Shown here piece by piece: positions 26,953-35,323 of a stretch of 64,000 nucleotides of DNA. Made by a program: the position numbers and the translations under genes. Below the pieces are notes generated by a model. The model saw only the letters and a list, made by a program, of their open reading frames with translations. It had not been told where the DNA came from and did not search any database. The DNA is from an uncultured virus (IMG/VR IMGVR_UViG_3300028800_000080) (taxonomy: Duplodnaviria; Heunggongvirae; Uroviricota; Caudoviricetes), in the IMG/VR virus record IMGVR_UViG_3300028800_000080; one strand, 5' to 3'. The stretch's first letter is position 1. Each line of letters begins with the position of its first letter.

Positions 26953-27330
26953 GAGGGGAAAGTTGAGGGGGAAAGTTTCCCCGCTCGGAAAGGACTCGGG
27001 TGTTCTTTCTTCGCTCGGTCGTGTGGGAACGGGGTCGCGAAAAGAGAACCGAGGTCGCTTCCGGGGAGAACGGGGAGAACGGGGAGTGATTCTCGGGCTC
27101 GGGCTCGCTCTCTTAGAGAGGAGAGAAGCTTTTTTCGGAAAACCGCTTGGTTGGTAACGAAAGAAGCGAGCGAGAGGGGTCGCGAGGCGAGAGGAACCCG
27201 AGAATAACTCCCCGTTCTCCCCGTTCTCCCCGGAAGCGACCCTGGTCTCTTTCTTCGTGTGGGAGGGTGAGGAGAAAGGACCGTCCGGTTCTTTCCGAAG
27301 CGGGGAAAGTTTCCCCTTGACTTTCCCCTC
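26953..27330. repeat. Large imperfect inverted repeat (~380 bp)
   Basis: Outer arms from 26953 and to 27330; inner arms 27041-27097 and 27197-27252 contain tandem GGGGAGAAC / GTTCTCCCC units. Confidence 0.9.
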
Positions 27331-27702
27331 CCCCGTGGGAGAGAGCGAGCGAGTGGGCTGGTTGCCCGGCTGATGGGGTGGGTGGGTGAATAGAGAAGGG
27401 GCCGGTTGGTAGTGGGTGGTAGGTCCCCACCGTGTGAACATGCTATAGTCACTACGCGTAGTTTCGCCTGCGGCATCAACCCAGCAACTGCGCACACACG
27501 CCCAAGGCACGTTTCAGCTGCGCGCCGAAGCTAATAGAGGAGACAATGGACGACGACGCGCAGTTCTGGTTTGAGGCGCATCACTTCAGGGATATGCCCT
27601 TCAGGGCTATTCCTGAAGAACATAAACAAGCAGTTATTGAACTGCTTGTGGATTTGTTCCTACGCGGGAGTGGTTTACTCGTTAACGGGGAATAATTAGA
27701 AT

Positions 27703-28107
27703 ATGGATACTTTAATGGATTACAAGGTTGAGCTTAAGGTCGCTTTTCGTGCGGCCACGGACGGTGACGCACAGAAGATGTGCTCGCGCATGCAGCATGC
27801 AGCTACCACGTTGAGCGGCATCAATTACGATTTGGCGGTGAATGAGAGCAAACTCATCAACCTCTCCCCCGTGGACCCGAAGTATAAGACGGTAGACGAG
27901 GAGGACATGGACGGTCGAATGGTGCGCGTCACCCGCGACGAGGCAGGCCGAGTTATGCGCGTCACGGACGAGGCGGGCGACATTGTGTTCAGTCCGCGCC
28001 TGGTCGCGCAGCGGCCTGGGGTCAGCGGCACGCCCGGTGAGACCCCGAAGCCGAACCTGCCGTCAACCGCAGCTCCTATGCCGACCAAGGCTGACCCGAG
28101 GTCGTAA
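27703..28107 (+). CDS. Hypothetical protein
   Basis: 134-aa ORF with an internal RV(T/M)RDEAG repeat. Confidence 0.6.
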   Translation: MDTLMDYKVELKVAFRAATDGDAQKMCSRMQHAATTLSGINYDLAVNESKLINLSPVDPKYKTVDEEDMDGRMVRVTRDEAGRVMRVTDEAGDIVFSPRLVAQRPGVSGTPGETPKPNLPSTAAPMPTKADPRS

Positions 28108-28246
28108 TGGAGCCTCTTTCGCTAGCATTTGTGCTATTCGTCTTTGTCACAGCCTTCGTTGCAGGCTGTGCCTGGACACTCGGGTGCTGGCTGATGTCAC
28201 GGCTACTGTTGGCGCTATTCAAGTAGCGCCAAAATAATCCCCGGCC

Positions 28247-28279
28247 CCTATTGAACTTTCCGCCCTGATCGCTTATGAT
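28247..28279 (+). promoter_or_regulatory. Conserved phage promoter CCTA-TTGAAC-N17-TATGAT
   Basis: Family member, preceded by the hairpin at 28209-28232. Confidence 0.8.
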
Positions 28280-28307
28280 TAGGGCGAAATGTTGAAAGGA
28301 GCACCCA

Positions 28308-28646
28308 ATGCTTATTACAGGCGACAAGGTCACCGTTCGTCCCGGCGTGCGCTTCGAGCACAACTCAGCCCCCGGCAAACTAGGCCACGCGGTTGAGGCG
28401 GTCATCGCCTACCGGGACGACTTAGGCGGCCCAAACTTTAACCTACCACGCTACTTCGTCTGTGTGCTCGGCATACACGACGGCAAGTTTGGCTACCGAG
28501 GCTTCATCAACGATGAGGATATACTCATCACAGAGCCGTATCAAATCTACGTGTATCGCAACGGTGAAAGCGTGTTCTACAAGACGTGCACTACCTTCAG
28601 TACGAAGGACGCATTGCAGAAGGCTACAGATGCTGCTGTTGGTTGA
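28308..28646 (+). CDS. Hypothetical protein
   Basis: AAAGGAG RBS after the promoter. Confidence 0.65.
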   Translation: MLITGDKVTVRPGVRFEHNSAPGKLGHAVEAVIAYRDDLGGPNFNLPRYFVCVLGIHDGKFGYRGFINDEDILITEPYQIYVYRNGESVFYKTCTTFSTKDALQKATDAAVG

Positions 28647-28796
28647 AATCAGCAACGACTTTCCGCCTAGCGTAGATTCACGAAGCTATCGCCTGGCACA
28701 CGAGGACACTCAGTCCTCCTATGGCGTGCACATCGTTGCTGAGTTGAGCGTCAGCGGCCCCTGCCTAATCTACCAGTCAGTACGGGAGGAGTCGGC

Positions 28797-29207
28797 GTGA
28801 GCATTCGCGCTGATGATATGCGGCCCCGGTGGCTCTATCTCTTTATCGCGGGGCGTCTGCTGACACCCGGCATCAGTTGGGACCCGGAGCAACGTGCCCA
28901 GCAACACCGCAACGCGGGCCATGAGCGCGGTTTCCTAGCTTTCAAAGCGCTTTGCCCCGATGGACCCGCCGCCATGGCGGCTGAGAGAAGGGTTGCTGAG
29001 TTGATTGATGCAGCTAAACTTCACAGTCATCAGTACGGCGAGTGGTACTACAGTATACCTCGCCCCCAGGCTTTCAAGATAGTGCAAATAATGTATAAAG
29101 TAGCTGAGGAGTTCATGTTGACTGAGGTGTGGGCTATGGGCGGGTCTACGATGCGGCCTCGTCGCCACGGTAAGCCACCCAAATTACGCCTACAGGAGCA
29201 AGCATGA
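28797..29207 (+). CDS. T5orf172/GIY-YIG-like protein
   Basis: WLYLF..GIS.DPEQR...AAER...GEWY pattern. Confidence 0.5.
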   Translation: MSIRADDMRPRWLYLFIAGRLLTPGISWDPEQRAQQHRNAGHERGFLAFKALCPDGPAAMAAERRVAELIDAAKLHSHQYGEWYYSIPRPQAFKIVQIMYKVAEEFMLTEVWAMGGSTMRPRRHGKPPKLRLQEQA

Positions 29208-29413
29208 AATACCACGCCACAATCAAATTAGTCGTCAACGAGCTAGATGACGATGAGGCCGCGCTGACGTTGGACTACATCAAGACCAACATTGAGAAGG
29301 GCTCATTCACGAACCTGCGCAAATTCAAGGGCACCATCAAGCGCAAGAGCAAGGGCTACGGCATCCGTCTGCCTGATGTCATCGTCGGGAAACTGAAGTG
29401 GAAAAATGATTAA
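29204..29413 (+). CDS. Hypothetical protein
   Basis: AGGAG RBS; ATGA coupling. Confidence 0.55.
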   Translation: MKYHATIKLVVNELDDDEAALTLDYIKTNIEKGSFTNLRKFKGTIKRKSKGYGIRLPDVIVGKLKWKND

Positions 29414-29662
29414 GTGGCTTATCCGCAACTTCACCGTGAGTGACAATTTTGGCACTCACTTCGACTGGGTGACCCCTCTCGTAATCGGCGGCTACCTAGT
29501 CATCGCAGTAGCCACGCCCATTCTGCTCATCGCTATCAGGAACAAGTCATGCGGGTAGCACTACTCCTGTTAGTAGTGCTACTCGTCGGGTGCTCCCCTT
29601 GTGGAGTGCTCCAGGCCTGTCCGCTACCCTGCTGGATTTCATGCGCAAAATAAGTACGAAAG

Positions 29663-29695
29663 CCTATTGTTTTCAGCAGCGTAATCGGTTATAGT
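29663..29695 (+). promoter_or_regulatory. Promoter CCTA-TTGTTT-N17-TATAGT
   Basis: Family member. Confidence 0.75.
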
Positions 29696-29767
29696 TAGAA
29701 TGTAGAGTCGAGAATAACCCCGGGAAATCCCTGATGCGTTCTAGGCTCAGCTAAATAAGGAGAATCA

Positions 29768-30139
29768 GTGAAAATCACAATCAGACGTGTTGACCTCATA
29801 ACTAAGATGAAGGCGGCGCGTGCCAAGCTCAGAAAGAGCGCTGAGGTGTTTAACGACGGTATCATGGAGCGATTCATGGACGGTCGGCAACAGGACATAG
29901 ACAAGATTAGCGACCTTCTTGAGAAACTGGACAAATTCAAGCCTCTCAAGTTGGGTCGCTACCGCGATAACGACTTTCAGATTGACCTCCACAACCCCGA
30001 AGCGAAGCGCGTGGCCAACACGAGCTATCTCGACTACGGTATCAGCGTCTTGGAATCATGTCAAGACGATATACTGGTCATCGACACGGCTCGCGACAAG
30101 TACGGGCTGTATGAAGCCATCCGCCAGGCTCTGAGTTAA
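29768..30139 (+). CDS. Hypothetical protein
   Basis: AAGGAG RBS. Confidence 0.65.
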   Translation: MKITIRRVDLITKMKAARAKLRKSAEVFNDGIMERFMDGRQQDIDKISDLLEKLDKFKPLKLGRYRDNDFQIDLHNPEAKRVANTSYLDYGISVLESCQDDILVIDTARDKYGLYEAIRQALS

Positions 30140-30388
30140 ATGCCTTCCTTTACCCGCCATCAGTTGCAGACTGCCGATTACGATATCACGCACGCTAAGG
30201 CCCGCCTTGCTGACGCGGAGCAAATTGCGAAGGACCGTGACAGCTACGTTGTGCGAGTGCGGCAGTTCAAGGACCCGAAAGACAACTGCGCGAAGATTGA
30301 ACTGGCCACGTTCGGAGGCACCACGCACACATTTTTGGTTGCTGAAGACGCTGAGCTGGTGGGGATAACTTCAAGTCGATGCCGCTAG
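30140..30388 (+). CDS. Hypothetical protein
   Basis: Abuts the upstream stop. Confidence 0.5.
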   Translation: MPSFTRHQLQTADYDITHAKARLADAEQIAKDRDSYVVRVRQFKDPKDNCAKIELATFGGTTHTFLVAEDAELVGITSSRCR

Positions 30389-30462
30389 CCGAGCACATAG
30401 GGCACTGCTTAGTCGTGTACCTCATTCTCGGCTGCTTAGTGTTCGCAAAAAACTTTGATGAA

Positions 30463-30495
30463 CCTATTGAACTTTGAGTCGCAATCGGTTATAGT
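30463..30495 (+). promoter_or_regulatory. Promoter CCTA-TTGAAC-N17-TATAGT
   Basis: Family member. Confidence 0.8.
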
Positions 30496-30501
30496 TAAGA
30501 T

Positions 30502-30656
30502 GAGGTTGGGAGCAGCCCGCAGACGGTTCTAAGCGTACTCGATACCACCGGATACGCACCAGCGGGACCTAGTGAGCCGTGGTACCTCAGACTCAACCTC
30601 CAAAAATCGTTCCCCGAGACACCCCGGTTACGTTCCTTCCCGGGGTGTTTCATTTT
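30502..30656 (+). ncRNA. Candidate small structured RNA with its own promoter and terminator
   Basis: 9-bp closing stem 30502-10/30592-600, internal crossing helices, terminator hairpin 30616-30656. Confidence 0.55.
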
Positions 30657-30724
30657 ATCGCGTTCTGCCTACGGCGGCGCAGACACACCCGGGTGAACGA
30701 CGCGACACAAAATACTTTCGCGTC

Positions 30725-30758
30725 CCTATTGAACTCACGGCCGCAATTACGTTATAAT
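30725..30758 (+). promoter_or_regulatory. Promoter CCTA-TTGAAC-N18-TATAAT
   Basis: Family member; ATG starts 7 nt after the -10. Confidence 0.75.
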
Positions 30759-30764
30759 TGTGAA

Positions 30765-31007
30765 ATGGACATCCTCGTCTGGCTCAGTTGGATAGGAAAC
30801 CCCCTTGCGTTGCTTGGCTCCTATATGATAGGCGGCGGCAACCTCAAAGGCTGGTGGGCCTATCTCGCAGCGGACTTTTGCCTCATCGGGCTACCTATCC
30901 AGCACCGTCTCTGGTCGCTGGCGGTGTTGTTCACTCTGTTCATTGCGACAGGTCTACGCGGCCTCTACAAGTCAGGACAGTTGAAGTGGCCAAGCTTTAC
31001 ATCTTAA
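30765..31007 (+). CDS. Small membrane protein, PnuC-like half-transporter
   Basis: Three hydrophobic helices with W..G..LALLG.Y....N.KGW.....D and GLY. Confidence 0.5.
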   Translation: MDILVWLSWIGNPLALLGSYMIGGGNLKGWWAYLAADFCLIGLPIQHRLWSLAVLFTLFIATGLRGLYKSGQLKWPSFTS

Positions 31008-31444
31008 GAGGCGCACCCGGCTCAGGCAAGAGCACTTTTGCCCATCACCTGTTGAATGCGGGCCTAGCAGACAAGCACTTTGAAGCCGACCTGTGGTTCT
31101 ACGGTAAGAACGGCTACAAGTGGGACCCCGCATTACTGCAGGACGCCCACTACTGGTGCTTCCTCAGCACGCACGCGGCCTTGCGCGGCGGCTACAATGT
31201 TGTTGTAGCCAATTGCTTTGCGCGACGCATGCAAATACAGGATTACGTAGACCTCGGTTACGAAACTGAAGTGATTGAGCTGAGGGGCAAACACCCTAAC
31301 GTTCATGGTGTCCCGCCCCAGAAAGTCGAACACATTCGTCGTATCATGGAGGAGTGGCCCGGTGAGCAAAGCGTCAATAGAGGTAAAAGGTCAAAAGTAC
31401 ATAGTCCCGGTTATGCGGGGCCTGAGTATTCGCAAGTTAGCTAA
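30986..31444 (+). CDS. P-loop kinase (AAA_33 / polynucleotide kinase-like)
   Basis: LYILRGAPGSGKST, EADLWF, DAH.WC and NVHGVP. Confidence 0.8.
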   Translation: MAKLYILRGAPGSGKSTFAHHLLNAGLADKHFEADLWFYGKNGYKWDPALLQDAHYWCFLSTHAALRGGYNVVVANCFARRMQIQDYVDLGYETEVIELRGKHPNVHGVPPQKVEHIRRIMEEWPGEQSVNRGKRSKVHSPGYAGPEYSQVS

Positions 31445-31638
31445 GCATCTCGCAGGAACCTACGCGTAGTCCGTCGAAAGTAGAAGGGAACAGTAAATGA
31501 TAGATGATAAAATCATTCAGCAGGACGTTGAGACATTGCTCGTAAATCACGGAGTAACTGAGGCGCGAGTGAAATTCTCCGTGTCGGACGGTGACAGCAT
31601 CAAGCATTTCACCATGTTAATGAAAGCGGGACCGAAGG

Positions 31639-31914
31639 TTGCCTTACATCAACAAAGAGCGTCGTAAGCTTCTCAACGAGGGTATGATTGAGCCGTCCTC
31701 TCCGGGGGACCTCAATTGGCTTATCCACGAGGACGTGCTGAAGCCGTACTTCAAAGAGCAGGGCGTGTCCTACAAGACCCTCAACGAGGTCATCGGCGTC
31801 CTGGAATGCGTGAAGCTTGAACTATATAGACGGCTCGCCTCGCGCTACGAAGCAAAAAAGATTACGGAGAACGGCGACATAGCCTTTTACGTGGACTCCA
31901 TTGCCAACGTATGA
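31639..31914 (+). CDS. Conserved phage hypothetical protein
   Basis: MPYI..GDLN..GVLECVKLELYRR..YE..K..ENGD pattern. Confidence 0.65.
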   Translation: MPYINKERRKLLNEGMIEPSSPGDLNWLIHEDVLKPYFKEQGVSYKTLNEVIGVLECVKLELYRRLASRYEAKKITENGDIAFYVDSIANV

Positions 31915-32173
31915 CTATAAGTGCGACACCTGTGGCGAGATAGCCGAGGTGTTTCAGCCTATATCGGAGTTCAAGTCAGAGCGACTCTGCTCGGGGTCGT
32001 TGACCGTAGACGGCGTGACCTATCGCCAGCGTTGCAAGGGCACTATGCGACCGCTGATAGTGGGCACGGGGGCCTTCATTCTTAAGGGCGACGGGTACTA
32101 CTCTACCGAGACAGCCAAGGGCCGGGCAAAGCGTGCCCTTCACAATAGCGAATCAGGAGATTACGAACGATAA
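31901..32173 (+). CDS. FmdB-family zinc-ribbon protein
   Basis: MPTYDYKCDTCG ... LKGDGYY. Confidence 0.75.
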   Translation: MPTYDYKCDTCGEIAEVFQPISEFKSERLCSGSLTVDGVTYRQRCKGTMRPLIVGTGAFILKGDGYYSTETAKGRAKRALHNSESGDYER

Positions 32174-32541
32174 TGCCAGTGTTTGAAGAATCAGCAGCCG
32201 CTACAGCGCGAAAGTGCTCCGATATCTACACGCAACGAGGCGGTGAGTACAAGGATACGTGGGCCCTGGAGCACCAGACGCACACGTTCTTGGATGCGGT
32301 CCTGGACGAAGCAGGCAGCGACTACTTCCCAGTGAAGTTGCCGGACGATTTGAAGCGACTGATGAAGCTAGCGGACCTCATCGACGTCAAGGAGGACCGC
32401 ATGCTGGGCGGCTACAAGGAGGACACGCTGGTTGACGGTGTGAACTATCGCCTTGTGTTTGCGGACCTGATGGACCAATTCCGTCGCACCCCTAAAATGA
32501 CGACAATCAGGCCGCAGTTGGAGGGTGACAAGCGTGCGTAA
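32173..32541 (+). CDS. Nucleotide-modification-associated, MazG-like helical protein
   Basis: RG.EY ... VKEDR ... EDTLVDGVNY pattern. Confidence 0.5.
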   Translation: MPVFEESAAATARKCSDIYTQRGGEYKDTWALEHQTHTFLDAVLDEAGSDYFPVKLPDDLKRLMKLADLIDVKEDRMLGGYKEDTLVDGVNYRLVFADLMDQFRRTPKMTTIRPQLEGDKRA

Positions 32542-32743
32542 AGATTGGCGCGGTCAAACCCTCAACGTAGGTGACAAAGTAGTCTACCCGGGACGGATGG
32601 GCTCTTCACTTTGGCTTCGTGAGGGTGTCATTGAGGAAATTCACTCAGACGCTATCGTAGTACGTCTCACCTACGTGGATAACTGGCAGGGCGGCGGTCG
32701 CCGTGTGACTATTCGCAGCCGTTGGGTGACCCGAGTTGCCTGA
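32525..32743 (+). CDS. Small SH3/KOW-like protein
   Basis: D..GQTLNVGDKVVY motif. Confidence 0.5.
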   Translation: MTSVRKDWRGQTLNVGDKVVYPGRMGSSLWLREGVIEEIHSDAIVVRLTYVDNWQGGGRRVTIRSRWVTRVA

Positions 32744-33302
32744 CTACATTCAAGTCTTTACTCGGGGCAAGTTTTGGCCGTTGGAACCGCATAGAGGCGC
32801 CATCGACTTACACGACATCGCCCACTCACTATCGCTTTTGTGCCGATACGCCGGTCACATCGACCGTTTTTATAGCGTAGCACAGCATAGCATCATGGTT
32901 TCGCTGCTAGTACCCGCTAAGGACGCGCTGTGGGGCCTGATGCACGATGCGTCGGAAGCCTACCTTTTAGATATTCCAGCCCCTCTCAAGAAGATGGACG
33001 CGCTGCGGCCCTACCGCGAGGCTGAGGCGAAGCTAATGCGGGCTATCGCGCTGACGTTCCACATGGAGTCTGAGCAGCCTGAGTCTATTCACGAGGCGGA
33101 TTTGAAGGCGCGGCGTGTAGAGGCTGAAGAGCTGATGTCCCCTCCAGTAGACAACTGGACGAGCAACTTGCCTGAGTACAGTGCGAATGACCGAATATTA
33201 TTCAAGCGCATTGCTAACATGGGTATGTACCAAGCAGAAAAGGCATTCCTAGCACGATACGAAGAAATAACCGGGTGTAAGACCCCTTCCGAATGGAGAT
33301 AG
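32736..33302 (+). CDS. HD-domain 5'-deoxynucleotidase (YfbR/YfdR-like)
   Basis: DIAHSLS.LCRY.GH..FYSVAQHS and LMHDASEAY. Confidence 0.88.
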   Translation: MPDYIQVFTRGKFWPLEPHRGAIDLHDIAHSLSLLCRYAGHIDRFYSVAQHSIMVSLLVPAKDALWGLMHDASEAYLLDIPAPLKKMDALRPYREAEAKLMRAIALTFHMESEQPESIHEADLKARRVEAEELMSPPVDNWTSNLPEYSANDRILFKRIANMGMYQAEKAFLARYEEITGCKTPSEWR

Positions 33303-33303
33303 A

Positions 33304-34896
33304 ATGAAGTTCCTTAAAGTCAGCCTAGCGCTGCTGCTGTTTTTTGGCGGCTACGGTGTAGCGTCAGCTGCGGCTCCGGGCGTATCCTCGTTGACGACAC
33401 GTGGCACGCTTGCGTCCCTCAATGACACGGTCACCCTGCAATGCCCTGACGGGCAGAGTATGGCCACGGTCTACGTTCCTGCGGGCACGTTGGCGGGCAC
33501 GGTTACCGTCTATACGGCCCCTGATAACGTTCCGGGCTACCCGGGCACGTTCACGGCCCCGTTCAACATTACCCCTGCGAACAGCTCCACCTACACGCAG
33601 ACGCTCTCAGCGTTCCCGGGTGAGCTGTATGTGACGTTAGCAGGCAACCATTGGGTGCAAGCGAAGCTCACTACGGCCACGAGCGGCGCATCTACCGCGA
33701 CTATTTCGTGTAGCGCCTCAATTGCGCGCTACGGTGCTGCGACGACTACGCCAAGCGTGGGCACGGGTGCGGGAGTCAACAACTACGACATCGACCAGAC
33801 CGGCACCCCAGTCGCCCAACCCGGTAATGACTGGGCGCAGGGCTACCGTATTTCCTCAAACACCAATTCACCTTCGCTTACGATGCTCTCGGCAGGGGAC
33901 TATCTCTCCTCTGAGAGCAACACGAAGGGCCGCATTTGGATGGCCCAGGCTACGGGCACGACAGCGAGCGCGGTGGTGTACATCGCACTTACTGAGCTTC
34001 AGACGGCTAACAGTCTTGGCCCACAAGCGGGTGATGTGCTTACGATTACCGTCAACGGTCACGCGGTAGCGTATACCGTGCTTGCGGGTGACACTACGTT
34101 AGCTACGTTAGCGGCTAGTATTGCTGCGGCTATCAACGCAGACAGCACGGATAGTGCGATTGTCTCCGCAGTAGGTAGCTCTAGCGGACAGCTGGGCACC
34201 GTGACTATTACGGCATTGACGAGCGGCATTTGCTGCCGCTATTCGCTGTCCTCCTCGGTCAGCGGCGGCTCACAAGAAACCCTCAACTCATTCCCCTTGC
34301 TCGATGTTGCCGGTTCCTATGCGGACTACGGCAAGAACGTCAGCGGATGGTCGCTGGGCACCGACTTGGGCGATTACACTTTTGACCACAGCGGCAACTT
34401 TCAAGGTCCTGTGGGGCACATCTTAAACATACAAGCAGGCGCAGGCGCGTCCACAGCTATCAGGTTCAACTTCAATAGCCCCGGCAACTACACCGGACTC
34501 GCTATCTACGATGGTACGTCAACGCTATCCCATGCCGACCTGCTCTACCCCATGAACGTGCACATCATCACGGGTCCGCTGGAAGAGAATATTTGTCAGT
34601 ACATCGCTAACAACTGTACTTCCGCCCCCACCAACCCCAGTTATGTTGGCGAGTGGATGAATATCAACGGCAGCGCTACGGGGCCTACTCAGCATGAGAT
34701 TCACGGTCACTGCGTGGCAGGTACGACTTGCACAGTCAACTTCACCTACAACTGGACTAACTCAACTAGCTACGATTGTACCGCGACGGCTGAAGGCTCA
34801 GCTGATGCGCCTTACATTTCTACTAAGACGGCTGCTCAAATCGTTTTTACCGGCTCAACGTCAGTGGTACGCGACTTTATTTGCTCCGGTATCTAG
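33304..34896 (+). CDS. Secreted/virion beta-rich protein with signal peptide
   Basis: MKFLKVSLALLLFFGGYGVASAA; Thr/Ser/Gly-rich with multiple Cys pairs. Confidence 0.75.
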   Translation: MKFLKVSLALLLFFGGYGVASAAAPGVSSLTTRGTLASLNDTVTLQCPDGQSMATVYVPAGTLAGTVTVYTAPDNVPGYPGTFTAPFNITPANSSTYTQTLSAFPGELYVTLAGNHWVQAKLTTATSGASTATISCSASIARYGAATTTPSVGTGAGVNNYDIDQTGTPVAQPGNDWAQGYRISSNTNSPSLTMLSAGDYLSSESNTKGRIWMAQATGTTASAVVYIALTELQTANSLGPQAGDVLTITVNGHAVAYTVLAGDTTLATLAASIAAAINADSTDSAIVSAVGSSSGQLGTVTITALTSGICCRYSLSSSVSGGSQETLNSFPLLDVAGSYADYGKNVSGWSLGTDLGDYTFDHSGNFQGPVGHILNIQAGAGASTAIRFNFNSPGNYTGLAIYDGTSTLSHADLLYPMNVHIITGPLEENICQYIANNCTSAPTNPSYVGEWMNINGSATGPTQHEIHGHCVAGTTCTVNFTYNWTNSTSYDCTATAEGSADAPYISTKTAAQIVFTGSTSVVRDFICSGI

Positions 34897-34962
34897 CAGG
34901 AGACAACGCTCGATAGAGCGAAGGGTATAAGGACAAGTTTCATTTTGAGTGAGGAGTAGTTC

Positions 34963-35247
34963 ATGAACGTTAAGATTATCGAAGCGATTAAGGCGCTGTG
35001 GGACACGAATAAGGCCACCGTCGTTGCGCTTATCACGCAGGGCGAAGGTGGCGCGGAAGCGTTCATCCTTTCAGCTCTGAAGGCTGAAGGTGCCCGGTTG
35101 ACGGGCCTCGCGGCTATGCTCTACAGTTTCGTTGAGCCGCAACTGGCTGCGTATGTTCAGGCTGAGTTTACTCAGTACGGTCCGCAGTACCTGTATACGT
35201 TCATCGATGCCTGGCTGGCGGGGGAAATCAAGACTCTGGGAGGCTAA
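34963..35247 (+). CDS. Hypothetical protein
   Basis: GAGGAG RBS. Confidence 0.6.
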   Translation: MNVKIIEAIKALWDTNKATVVALITQGEGGAEAFILSALKAEGARLTGLAAMLYSFVEPQLAAYVQAEFTQYGPQYLYTFIDAWLAGEIKTLGG

Positions 35248-35264
35248 GTCTCACTCGGAAACGT

Positions 35265-35289
35265 AGGGGGTAGCTTCGCGCTGCCCCCT
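35265..35289 (+). terminator. GC-rich hairpin
   Basis: AGGGGGTAGC-TTCGC-GCTGCCCCCT; weak U tail. Confidence 0.45.
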
Positions 35290-35323
35290 GAAGTAATCAC
35301 TAAATCATAAATAGGAGGCTCGC

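Larger units (their letters stand above)
23477..27427. other. CA/TA-depleted island (template strand lacks TG/TA)
   Basis: No CA on + from 23814 to 27427 and no CA or TA from 24271 to 26948 by manual scan; two minus frames are stop-free for >4 kb as a result. Confidence 0.95.

Noticed and set aside
23477..27427. Island as low-complexity artefact or foreign IS/transposon
   Set aside because: It has a coherent promoter-operon-terminator layout, no transposase, and shares a 28-bp element with flanking DNA at 22711. A chimera cannot be fully excluded without reads.
23460..27510. Two giant minus-strand ORFs (1345 and 1346 aa), plus a third minus frame with no stop from ~27112 to 23465
   Set aside because: All stop codons begin with TA or TG, which this strand lacks, so open frames are automatic. 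The translations are R/S/P/G-rich, and the RBS, promoter and terminator signals all support the plus strand.
30579..30764. N-terminal part of ORF 30579..31007
   Set aside because: It crosses a terminator and a promoter; ATG 30765 is the better start.
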